The notes under the pieces were generated by a model. The model was not told where the DNA came from. It did not search any database and worked only from the letters and a program-made list of their open reading frames with translations. A DNA stretch of 64,000 nucleotides, taken from assembly GCF_036321535.1 (NCBI RefSeq), contig NC_087441.1, forward strand, positions 45,756,001-45,820,000, in the 5' to 3' direction. Positions 48,796 to 60,899 of this stretch are shown piece by piece. Source of the stretch: Camelus dromedarius. Its lineage: Eukaryota. Numbering within the stretch: the first letter of the stretch is position 1; the number at the start of each line of letters is the position of its first letter. Both the position numbers and the translations under genes were made by a program.

Positions 48796-49439
48796 TGGAT
48801 CACAGTGTGCCAACCTGCCATGCATTTTACTCTCTCGACCTCCCCAAACACCTGATTAATTATGGCTAAGAAAAAGAATGGTGCTGTTTTGCCAGCTCCC
48901 TACATGATTACTAGGCAGAGCTATTCTCAAATATCATGGCAGGAATTTGGGGGTAACTTTGACATTTGAAGAAGATACTTGCTAGAAAATGTCCTCCAAA
49001 AACTGCAGCTTTAAGCCGCGTGAGAAGGCCCCTTAGATCATGTCTCATTCTCCTCCTTCAGATTATACATAGGTTTTATCACAAATACAGTGAAAATACT
49101 TTTGTAAAATCTTCACTATCCTCTGGGTTTGCTTAAAAACATTAACACTTACTGAGTAAAGAAAGTAAGGCTTTTTACTAGGTATCCACACGACAGCCCT
49201 GGAAAGTATCATCATTCCACTTTACAGACAAAACCCATGAGAGTCAGTGAATTTAAGCAACTGGCTCAAGGTTACCCAGTAAGTGATATAAGTGGTCTCA
49301 AAGCCAGGCATTCAAACCGATGCCTTTTCTCCAGTGTGACCTGGCTCCTGCCCTAGTTCTAGACGCATGGTGCACTTCTATCCATGATGTGGAAACCCCG
49401 TGCCTGAGGACTTTCTCCTTGTTCAGTACGTGAGAATAG

Positions 49440-49956
49440 GGTGAAGTAATAAAGATGGCTGCAGACTCTTTGACATTCCTTCCGTGGGACTGAGGCTTCC
49501 CTCCCCCTAACTCTGGGCTGTCCTAAGTGACTTGCTTGGCTCATGGGTTGTGGTGAAAGTGATGTTCCAGGACAAATACAAGGAGCCTTGCAGTTCAACC
49601 CAGGACTCTCAGAATGCCTGCCCTTGGAACCCAGAGCCACCACGTAAGAAGTGTGGCTGCCCCACAGCTGCCAGGCCATGAGAAGGCAAAGCTCCGTGGA
49701 GAGGCCCTGGAGGATCAAACACCAAGGGGAGAAAGAAGGAGGCAGGAAAGACAGAGACACTAGACATGTGAGTGAAGAAACCACCTTGGAAGTGACTCCT
49801 CCTGTCCTAGCCTCTCCAGCTGATGCCACAAGGATCAGATACAAACCGCCCAGTCCAGCCTTTTCTGAACTTCTGACCCACAAAATGGTGAGACCTACAT
49901 AATAAGTCACAAAGTTTGGCATAGGTTTAAATGTAGCAGCTGATAACTGGAAAACA
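49440..49956 (+). mobile_element. MLT1H-like MaLR LTR
   Basis: AAGATGGCTGCAGACTCTTTGACA start, GAGCCACCACGTAAGAAGT, TTCTGACCCACA, and GATAACTGGAA end. Confidence 0.65.
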
Positions 49957-50318
49957 CAGTAATGGCATTCTTTCTGTTGGATTGTGGATTGTGGATTATT
50001 TTTGATGCCTAAGAGAAAAGAATTTTCCACTTGAAAAGAGGATATAATTCACTATAAAATATAGTTGATCTCCATTTACTAGGGACTGAAATGAGAAATA
50101 GAAGTTTTGTTTTATATACAGCTACCATCAGAAGTTTTCAAGAGAACTATTATTTTAATAAGTGTATATTTAATTTCATGGTTAGCCTATATATTTATAT
50201 TTTTGGCAAAAATACTTGGTTTAAATTTGTGAATATGACAAAGTTGCCTTTTAAAATGCATTTATTTAAATAGGCTATTTAAAATTTAGTAGCTATCAAG
50301 TAAATATGGTACAGAAGG

Positions 50319-50783
50319 TGTATTAGGGTTCTTAAGAGAAACATAACCAATGGGATAGATAGATAGAGTATAGATAGAGATTTATTATAAGGAATTGGCT
50401 CACATGATTATGGAGGTTGAGAAGTCCTAAGATCTATGGTCAGCAAGCTGGACCCAGGAGAGCCAGTGGTATAGTTCCCATCTAAAAGGTGTCAGATTCC
50501 AGACCCAAGAAGAGTTGATGTTTTAGTTCAAGTCTGAAGGCAGGAAAAAAACTACTGTCTCAGCTCAAAGGCCATCAGGCAAGAGCAAGAGGAGTTCCCT
50601 CTTACTCAGCCTTTTTTGTTCTATTCAGGCCTTCACCGGATTGGATGAGCCCTACCCACATTAGAGAGGGCAAATCTGCTCTACTCAGTCTGCAGACTCA
50701 TAGATACACTCAGAATAATGTTTGACCAAATATCTGGTTACCCCATGGTCCAGTCAAGTTGACACATAAAATTAACCATCATA
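50319..50783. mobile_element. MLT2B-like (ERVL) solo LTR
   Basis: TGTATTAGGGTTCT start, ATTTATTATAAGGAATTGGCTCAC, CAAGTTGACACATAAAATTAACCATCA end; flanks GAAGG/GGAGG. Confidence 0.88.
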
Positions 50784-51933
50784 GGAGGTGTTCAGACATG
50801 ACAAATATTGCTAAGGTTGTAGCTAAGGATCTGAAGTTTGGTAAGCAATGCTTTGTGCCCTAGGCTTCCCCTGTCTCTGGTCTGAGGATTTGGAGCTGAA
50901 ATCCTCAGTTCACCTGTAGAGACTGTGATTGTATGAATCCTTCCCAAAATGTCTCCTGGAAAAGTTATTCTTTGGCTTTCAGAGCAGCTTTTAGAGAGTG
51001 TCCCTGTTGGTGACTCTACCTCTGGGGAGGTTTGAGCCACACCGTGGACTTCTGGCTGCCTTTCTGGGAGTGGCCATTCCCAGTGATGTGCAGCTGGCCG
51101 CCAGGCTTGCTGTCAGCCTTCAGGCTGCCCACAGTTGTGCAGCTGCCATTCAGTCTTCCTGCCAGCTCCTGCACAAGATCATATGTCACAGCAAACTTGG
51201 CCTTCTGGGGAGAGAATGTCTGCCCTGGAAGTCAGGGCTGCTGGACACCCTGTCTCAATATGTTATGTGAAGTCTGTCTCAGGGTGACGAGGAGCTCAGA
51301 TGTGATGTATGTGATGTGACATCAGAGGCGCTATGATAAGTCCATGTCTCACGACCATGAAGGCAGCTGGACATTTTCATGTCCCCCTCTGGGCCCTGCT
51401 TGTTTAGATGATGCTTTGGCACTATCATTTTCACTTACTAACTGTCCCCTCTCTGTGACCAAACCGCCCTCAGAAGTGGGATAAAAAGTCTTTAGGGCAG
51501 CGGTTTTATCTCTTTGGCCTCTTTGACTTAAAGGGTCAATGTGGAACAGAGAACCTGCAGTGGGCACCTCAGTGGGACTGAAGAAGACACACCTTTTTCT
51601 CCAGGCAGGTCCCTTTTGACTGGGGGCATTCTGGGCAGCCCTCACTTGCACAAAGTGCTGCAAATCAGCAGAACCTGTAATCATCCTCACCCTGTCTTCA
51701 GCATCAGAGAGAGGGATGGAACTTCCACCCCATGTAATGACGAATCCTGTTTGGATTAGAGAGAGGAGTAGGCTGGGCTGATTCACAAGTAATACGAGGA
51801 ACAACCAGAAGCACGAAATACAACAAAGAAAACAAGCAAGTTCACAAAAACAAGTTGTACTTGTTTTGATTATATATTTATTGGATGAAAACAGCAGTGA
51901 TTTGTTACTAAAGAAGCAAATGTATTCATAGTG

Positions 51934-52318
51934 NNNNNNNNNNNNNNNNNNNNNNNNNNNNNNNNNNNNNNNNNNNNNNNNNNNNNNNNNNNNNNNNNNN
52001 NNNNNNNNNNNNNNNNNNNNNNNNNNNNNNNNNNNNNNNNNNNNNNNNNNNNNNNNNNNNNNNNNNNNNNNNNNNNNNNNNNNNNNNNNNNNNNNNNNNN
52101 NNNNNNNNNNNNNNNNNNNNNNNNNNNNNNNNNNNNNNNNNNNNNNNNNNNNNNNNNNNNNNNNNNNNNNNNNNNNNNNNNNNNNNNNNNNNNNNNNNNN
52201 NNNNNNNNNNNNNNNNNNNNNNNNNNNNNNNNNNNNNNNNNNNNNNNNNNNNNNNNNNNNNNNNNNNNNNNNNNNNNNNNNNNNNNNNNNNNNNNNNNNN
52301 NNNNNNNNNNNNNNNNNN
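51934..52318. other. Assembly gap (385 N)
   Basis: Run of N. Confidence 1.
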
Positions 52319-53579
52319 AGTGCTTCATCTGACCGTTTTCATCTATTTCCTGTAACTATCAATGGTAAATGTGCCTCATAATGGTCTCTTATGGCTTAGC
52401 AAACACCTACAATTCTTTGAATTTTAGATCAGTCACATATCTGCTATATCCGCTCCAGATGGCCAAGGGACCTACTTTACAAATGTTCCAACTCTCCCTT
52501 CACGGCAGAGGAGGTGGTCTGATGTCTCCAAATCTTTTTAAAATGGCAACTGGAACCTCCTGCTCTCTCCTCCCTGCCGAGCAGTGCAAGTTCACAAAGT
52601 TCCTAAAATTGATGGAACTCAACAAGGAGGGTTGTACTGATAGCGCCCCAGAGTTTATGCTTGTGGACACAGTTCCCACTGTGCATCCTACCTCTCCCAG
52701 TAGGACTTCCTAAGATGCTTGTGCACCAGTTGGGTGGGGGAGTCTTGAGGATCCAGATTCTATTCGAGTTAAAATTATTAATCTAACGTTCATCCCTTTG
52801 ACTAGTTTTCTTGAACTCTTCAATATGACAGTTCCCTCTTATTCTTGAAAAATTAACTTGTTGAAAGTGAATAATAATTATTGTGGCCTGAATTTTAACA
52901 CTGATGTTTGGATGCATTTTGTAGTGGGCAACAAGCTTCGTTGTGAAGAGACAAATGCACCCTTGCTGCAGGGTCTAGGACAGTAGCAGGGTTAGGATAA
53001 AAATCCTGCATTATTGAATCCCAGACCAGAGCCACTGTCAGCGTTAGCCTGTAAAGTTTTCCTAGAATCCCTGATTTCAGGAAGGGCAATATATGATAAG
53101 AATAGAGGTGGAGAACTTTGAAAATACATTGCTACAACATATAACTCAAGCACTCTCCTCACTCACATTTGATGGTATGAATTGGCTTTGACTGGCCTGC
53201 CATGTTTTGGTTGATGTCCAGGCATTGAGAGAAAGAACTGGGACAGCTGCCTTGCCTGAGGGCCAGGGGTTTTCCTGGGGACTTTTTGGGTGACTTTATT
53301 TATCCGCTTACCACCTGATGCCCCAACTGAAGATTTCCTGATGTGGCAGGCAGGGAGTGGAGTGAGAATGAGTACCCAGCCCAGGAGCAGCCTTTGTGTT
53401 AACTGCCCCTTTCCCAGACCACATGAGCCTCAAGCCTGATATAGAGCTCCTCCCCATGTTTTCTAGATGGATCAGAGGATGTATGGACAGAAAGGGGGAT
53501 GAGTGGTTACGTGAGGGGGGTTTGTATGCAAAGACTTGCTTGGCTAGCTTCCCAAGTTCCAGTTTAGAATTTCAACTGT

Positions 53580-54040
53580 TTTGATGGACATCTTCACCTA
53601 CATGTTCTACAGGTACCCTAAACTCAACATTGCCAAAACTGGACTCGTTATTTTCCCCCTTCGCCACTTCTTCTCTTTCTCCTTTATTCTGACTTCATGA
53701 AAGCAATCACTGCCTCCCCAGCTACCCAAGATAACGGTTTCAGAATCCCTAACTCTTCTCACCCCATGCCTTTGAATTAGAAATCACGTCCTTGTTGATG
53801 CTACTTCCAGAAGAGTTTCTGGTACTTCCCCCTTCTCCCTCCACCCTCTATTGCCCTTGCTCAGGCCTTCAGTGACACCCCTCCCTGGACCATATTCAGG
53901 GCCGTTGGCCACACCCCTCTGCCTGCAGTTCCTCCTCCCGTCACCCAATTGTGCACTGCAGCAAGGTTACCTTTGTAAGACACGATGCACTCTAGTCACT
54001 CAATTGCTTAAACATCTTGGGTAGATTCCATTGCTTACAC
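53580..54040 (+). mobile_element. L2 fragment
   Basis: GGACATCTTCACCT...AAACTCAACATTGCCAAAACTG motif. Further L2 pieces lie near 57700-57830, 58100-58400 and 58840-59300. Confidence 0.65.
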
Positions 54041-57000
54041 TCAATGGGTACCAAATGTCTGGACCATGTTCTCCATCATAATTCCTTGAGTGCACATTCC
54101 CAATATATGTATATTCATAGATTATGTACACACAACGATATTAATGCATCATACATATTATAAAACATAATATGCAAAACATGCAAAATAGAAATGAAAA
54201 AGGCTATATGAGCATTTTGCCCTTTCCTATACATTCTCAAAGACTCTGTGTTTTTTCACTTTCTCTTCCCATATCCTAGAATTCTCTTCCCTCACTTCTC
54301 CATCCTCCATGTGATGAAATTCTGTCTTTTAAAACATCGCTCACATATCACTCCCCTGACCCTAATTCTCCACACAGATTCTCCACACAGACTTTATATA
54401 TAGTATTTAGATCCTTAGCTATCTCCTGCTACATGACTTCAGAATATTTTTCTGGTGGACAAGGAGGAAGAAGGAAGGTGTCAGGATGTGTGTTCTTGTT
54501 GCTGCCAAAGAACAAAATTGTAGTAGTAAAGTGTCTTTCCTTCCTTGTTGAACGTTCCAAAGAAGTTTTTTCCCCCCTTTTTTCCTCATTCAGCTTTCCT
54601 ATTACTCTGGGTAAAATACGTATCCCACAAATGAGTGCAGAAGCAGGCAGGCAGGCAGACAAAGTGGGAGGGAGTAATTGCGGGAGATGTGCAAAAGAAA
54701 ACTGAATTCTGAATATCAAGCAATTAGGTTGATGTGATTTAGAACAACGTGATGGGTGAAGTTTGTGTTTGTTTTCCCCTCAGACTGTAATTAATTCATG
54801 GAAGTGCTGTAGGTTGTTAAATTCTAGTAATTGGATAACAGAACTGTTCTTTGAAATAAAAGCAGCGGCAACAATCTTGTGATTTTACAGTCGCGTGAAT
54901 GGAAGACGATTACAGTTTGCAAGAATATCCCTGTCCAGTGCAGGAACACTGGTGGGGCGGCTTGTCTTTGGCAGGGAGTTGCTGCTCAGGGAAACGGCCC
55001 AGTATTTTCCCCATCTAGCTAAGGAGAGTGCTTAACTCACTTTTCAGATATTCCAACCAGTGTCCTACAGGGAATTGTGCTAATAAATATGACAATAACG
55101 TTGTAATGGGACAAGAAAGGCTGACACGGCATTTAGTTAATTTGTGTTCCGCATTAGCAGGGAGCTTTGCAACCCCTGGGCAGTGAAACAGGAGCATACT
55201 GGTTGACCGTGGGCATTTTAATTAGCAGTATTGGGAATATCTCTGTGCTGTGGCAGCTGAGTGAGACCTGGCCCCACAAAGCTTACCCAAGGCAGGCTTT
55301 CCTCCTTGGCCTCAGCATCCATGAAAAGGTCTTACTGGAGGCAGGGGGCTGGGGGAGGGGAGGGAAAAGTTTTTAAGAAGAGGACTTCTGGTTGGCTGGT
55401 GTCCAATACCAATTAGCTACTCGGCTGTCAGCACCCAGAGCCCTTGTTTTAACCAAGTGGTGGCAAGGATTGACAGAAATGGCTCGATCCCATGATGGAT
55501 CCCAAAGCATTTTTAAAGGGTTCTTTTTACTCTTGCTACCTTTTCATAATTTGGCTTAAATACAATGCAAGAATAAAGACATCATAAATCAAAAGCTGTT
55601 AGCACACATGGCCCCTGAAATTTATGGGTATTAAGTAGAAAAAGCTTAGGAACATTTCACCAAATAATTTTCCAATCCCTTAGGACTCATTTAAAATTCC
55701 CTCCTCTCTCTTCCCCGTTGCTGATGCACATTTGCTGGCTGCCAGCAATTTATTGCACAGGAGCACCTGGGCCCTAGGGCAGAGGGAGCCGGCTCTGCCC
55801 TTTGCCATGAGACAGGCTGGTGGATTCTTACAGGGTGGAAGTCAAAGCTCTGCCCAGCTCCCAGCACCACTTGGGCAAAGAGCCAGGAACCAAGGGAAAA
55901 ATATGGCAACTGCCCTCAGGTCAATGATGCAGCTGTGGAGATGGTAATGTCCATGAGTCTGGGCCTCAGTCCCCACTCCTTTCACTTTTAGCCCTGGAGC
56001 CGGAGGGTGGGGAGCTTCACTGGGAGATAGTGGGACTAATTGGAGATAAGGAGTCCACTGCCAGGCCAGGATGGGGACTTAGTGCTTAAAGCCAGCAATT
56101 TCTGTGATGGTTCAAGGAAGTGAATGCTGGTCCAGTTTGGAGGTCCAGTGCTAAGTCCTGGAAGGCAATGTGTATACAGAGCAGTGGGCCCACCAGAGGT
56201 CAGCATTAAGGAGCAGAGACACTGAGTTATGCCCTGGAAGGTGGTTACTCGGTCTGGTCTTACTGTTAGTGGAGAAATAGAAACCAATTAGTGGTGTTAC
56301 ATTTGTTAATCAGTGAACTTGACAATAATTATTGAGCCCCTCTGATGGGCAAGACACATGGAATAACTTACTCTGGCCATGCAGATAGACAAAGTCACGT
56401 CCACTAGCACCAAAAATTGGATCTCCTGTCCTTCAAGGATCACATCCTCCAGGAAGCCTCCCTGCCTTCCTCCAGTTCTTGTACTTACTCTTGGAGGACC
56501 ATTCAGGTCTGTACCTCAGTCCTCTACTCCTTTAGGTTTGGGGTTATCTATTTCATGTATGTGTGTGTGAGACTGTGATTGTGTCCTCTCCTCAGGGCAA
56601 ACTCAGAGGACAGCTGCTGCCTCACCCTTGAGGCTCTGTGGTGCAGCATTAGTGTCTGGGCAGCTCAGAGTTTGAATCCCAGCCCTGCTACTCCTTAAAT
56701 AGTTAAATTGCCTCTTTTCATCTCTCTGAGCCTCAGATTTCCCACAGTTCATATGCAGACACAAACACCTACATCACAAGTAGCTATGGGGAGCAAATGA
56801 GCCAAGATGAGTCCAATACTTAGCATATTGCCAGGCCACAGTGTGCAATAAATTGAAGCTAATATGATTCTGTCATTAAGCACATGGATTGTCAGCTGAG
56901 CCCTTGTTAACTGTCTCTTAGGACAAAATCTCTTTCTGATTGTTTGTCCTTCTTGAGTTGACAAGGGACCCTCTAGGTTGAAAGCTGCCTGGGAGAAGTA

Positions 57001-57826
57001 GAGAAGGTGGTAGGCAACAAGACTCTCTGTGGAAAATCTTATTTTATTCAATGAGGAAAGGAAAGAAAAGGAGCATCTCCTTAGACATTCTTCTGAGGCT
57101 GACGGGAATCTTTTGATCAAGAACCCATAACCATGGCCTTCTCCACTTGAATCCCTGGGCTCTCATGCTCTCTGATCCCCTACCGGTCCAGGTTCTCCTC
57201 GGAGATAGTGTCTGTCCATTTCAATGCCATTGTTCTTATTATAATTAGGAACATTATTATTTCAGAACCAGGCTGATTTCTCATCAGGTCTCATTGCCAA
57301 TATTATAGCAGCTATGTGCTCTTAGATCTGAAGGCCTATAAAACAGCTCACCACATACGTGATTCTTAACATCACTCTTCGCTGAGCTAAGTTGGAAAAT
57401 TTATAGTTTAGAAGAACACAGAGTCAAGTTGAAAATGTGACTTTGGCTGGGTTTGTGCATAACTGGGGTTTTCAGGTGTAGTTTGGCAGCTTTCATCTAA
57501 CAGAAACATCAGGGCTCATAAAGTCAGTCCAGTGTCAGAGTTTCAGGTTGCTGCAGTAAATATTCTTGCGGTTGCTGCCATCCCTCACTTTTTAAAAAAT
57601 GAGGGTATAAAATGACAGGATGTGCTGCTTTAAAAAGGCCAAAATCTCAATATTCCCCACAATGAGGGAGAATAAGCTTGCTGTTGAAAAAGATGGTATC
57701 TCATGTTTTCTCATTTATTCATATTTTTAAAAACATCTATTGACACCCTGTATTTCAGGCACTGTCCTGGGGTACAAGGAAAAGTAAATTGTGGTCCCAG
57801 CTTTCATGGAGCTGATGATGTACTAG

Positions 57827-57910
57827 AGGGGTCAGCAAACATTTTCTGTAAAGGACCAAATAGCAAATATTTTAGGTTTTGGGGCCATTTTGATTGCAAC
57901 ACTCTCAACA
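57827..57910. mobile_element. MER58 fragment
   Basis: AGGGGTCAGCAAACATTTTCTGTAAAGGACCAAATAGCAAATATTTTAGG matches the MER58 terminus. Confidence 0.75.
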
Positions 57911-60224
57911 GTGATTCCATTTCTTTCTCCTCATGCCTCAACTCTCCCTCCCTCCCTCTAGCCTACTGACACCTCTCTTCTCTCCCTACACCCGTTATCT
58001 CCTCACCTGTAAGACAGGTATTAATATCTACAGTGCAGGCTGATTGTGACGATGAGCTGAGCTGACAGTGCGAAGTTCCCACTCAGGCTCTAGCTGCCTC
58101 CTTTCCTTCCAGGTGAATCTGAGAAAGTAAAATCCTTCCCCCTCTTCCAGACTAAAAACATCTGCCTGTGCCCCACTGCAACCCAAACATTCAGCACTTT
58201 CTCTTGAACATTCTACCTTCCCCTCTATCTTGTTACTCTTTGCCTAAAAACACATTTAAGTCTCCTCTATTTAAAAGAAGGATTTAAAGAAGGAGGAGGA
58301 CACTGTATTTGACCTTACATTCTCCTCTGGCTACCATTCTTTTTCTCTTCTATCCAACTGATCTCCAACTGCCTTCACTTTCCCATTAATCTCTTTGTTA
58401 ATTTCTTTTTCTTCCTTATGTTTTCCTCTCTTAAAGGCATTCTGAGCTGTGGAAAAGGCAGGCTTTAGAATCAAGCACACACCCCCACATCACCATTTGT
58501 AGTGTCACAGACCTTGGGCCACTTACACAACACCAAGGTTCTCAGCCACGGAATGGGAAAAGCGAGACCTCCCTCAGGAAGGGATGATGAGAATGCAACA
58601 AGGTGATTGATGAAAGGCACTGTGTCAGGGCTTGGCTGGTGGCAGGTGCCACTTAATAAATACCTGTCTTCTTCTTCCTCCACTAGCTGCTTAAGGAAGG
58701 GCAGGGGCCTCTGTTCTCAGGGATGTTAGGGGAGGGGTAGATGCGGGCAGTTTATTGTTTGAAAAAGTACCTGAAAATGGATAGGTGCCCAGGTTGAGCT
58801 TATCAAATAATTAACTAATCTACTCAACATACACTTATTCAGCATCAGCTATATGTTCATCCCTGTGAAAGGCCTGGGGATACCAACATGGCTCCTGCCT
58901 GAGAGAATCTCTCAATCTGGTTGGGGGTGCAGAGGAGTGAGCCAGGCAAGTTACACACACAGCATTCCTGGGCACTGAGAGGCCAGCTGTCGGAGTTCCT
59001 ACAGAGTGCCATGGGAGTGTAAGAAGGGAGTGGTCCTCTTTGCTGTATGAGGTGGGGAGTCTTGCGAGGAGGTGTCCTCTGAGTTGTCTGGAAGGATGTC
59101 TTTGAGTGTGCCAGGGCAGAGAAGGCAGGTGGGGAGGGATTCCAACAGGCTGAGCAGTGTGTGCAAGACAGTCTGTGGATCAGGGGGACCATACCCTGGG
59201 TATGGAATGGAGAGAGGGAGGCAAGGCGAAAAAGGCAGGCTGAAGGTGTGAGTCTCACCATGATTTTCCTCTGGAAACATAAAGTATTAGTCTTCCATAT
59301 GGAGGAGAAAGTGGACTTCCTCATGTAAATCCAGAAATAGAGCTACAGCCAGGGGAGAAAATTTTCTGGGAGGTTCAGCTCAAGATTAGGAAGAATTCGC
59401 AATCCTTCATGTCCAGCAATGGAGCAGGCTTCTACCTCCCACCTGTGTAAGCAGGACCCAGGGTGCATGAGGGCAGTGAGCATGGGGGAGTGTCTCCTAT
59501 GCCAAACATAGAAGACATTGGTAAGAAGGATGAGGGGGAGAAAGGAATTTGACCATCCCACACCCTACCCCTGCCACAGCCCACCCCACTCAGATGGCCA
59601 GTACTGGTCTCATGCCTCAGTCTGAGAAGAGAGCAGGACCTCTTCCCAGATGAGGGCTGCGTGTCCAGCTCAGCTCTGGGCTGCCTCAAGAACCCCAGTT
59701 TCACGACACTTTTTCCTTTCAAGGGACAAGAAAAAAAATGGAGCAACTAGATAACATCCTCTACTAGCAGGAGAAATTTAGAGTGCTAGACAATTTTTAA
59801 AATTAGAAGGTTGTGTGTGTGTGTATACACATATACATGGGCATCAAGTGAAGTTATTGTCTTTGGATTCCAAAATTAGGTCTACTTGGATGCTTAAACA
59901 ACATACTGCAATTTGAATCTGGCCCTCATTCTCTCTGTCTCCTCTAGACTCCCCTCTGGGTGGCCTGTGTCTGTATGGCTAAAATGAAACTTGAGAAGCC
60001 AAACCCTGGACCCCATCTTACCTCCCCAGGGGGTCTGGCCTCAGGCAATGGTGGGTGTTCTACCAGGACTTAACTTTGTAACAGGCTGTTGAGGGTTATT
60101 TATCTATTTAAAAAAATTTTTTTTGAGTTCTGCAAGTTGTACACACACATGTTTATGTTTAAAATGAAAATCAGTAAACTGGTAGAGTCCATGTAGCCAT
60201 GTTCTCCACAGAGCTGCCAGAGCA

Positions 60225-60756
60225 AGTCACATTACTTCTCTGGCTCAGAAATGCCCGGTGCTTCTGCATCTCACTCAGAGAAAGAACCAATACTCATAAA
60301 TGGTCTGCAGGGCACTACACTCTCTGGCCCCTTAGTCTCCTCCTTACCTCGTCTCCCAGCCCTATCCTCAGCCACTCTGTGCCCAGTGTCTGACTTCCGT
60401 ACTGTCGCCCACTACAGGGCTCTTGTACTTGCTGTTTCCTCTGCTTGGAACACTCTTCATTCACACATCCTCATGGCTCACTCTCCAAGTTCCTTGAGTC
60501 TCTGCTCAAATACCCCTTGATGAGAGAGGCCTTCCCAGGCCATTAATATAAAGTAGCACACTCATTGCCATCAGGTTTTATCCTCCTTAACCTAATTCAT
60601 TCTCCTAGTATTATGTTTATTTATGGCCTGTCTGTCCCCACTAGAATGTAAGTTCCATTAAAGCAGTGACTTTTGGTTGTTATTTATACTATATTCTTAG
60701 TGCCCAGAAGACTGACATACATAGTAGGTGCTCAATAATTAGTTGTTGAATAAATT
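60225..60756 (+). mobile_element. L2a 3' end
   Basis: CTTGCTGTTTCCTCTGCTTGGAAC, ACTAGAATGTAAGTTCCAT, and GTAGGTGCTCAATAA...GTTGAATAAAT. Confidence 0.8.
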
Positions 60757-60899
60757 AACAAATTAATGAAGATCACAGTAGAAAGTAAAAATTTCTCTCT
60801 TTACCCACTTGTGTGCTCATTCCCATTCCACATTTCTCAGTCTTTAGAATTATAACAGCATATACTTCCGGAAATTTTCCTTGCATATGCAAGAATGTC

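Noticed and set aside
49359-50030. Longest ORF in the track (223 aa, minus strand)
   Set aside because: It lies almost entirely on the antisense of a MaLR LTR and has no recognisable domain.
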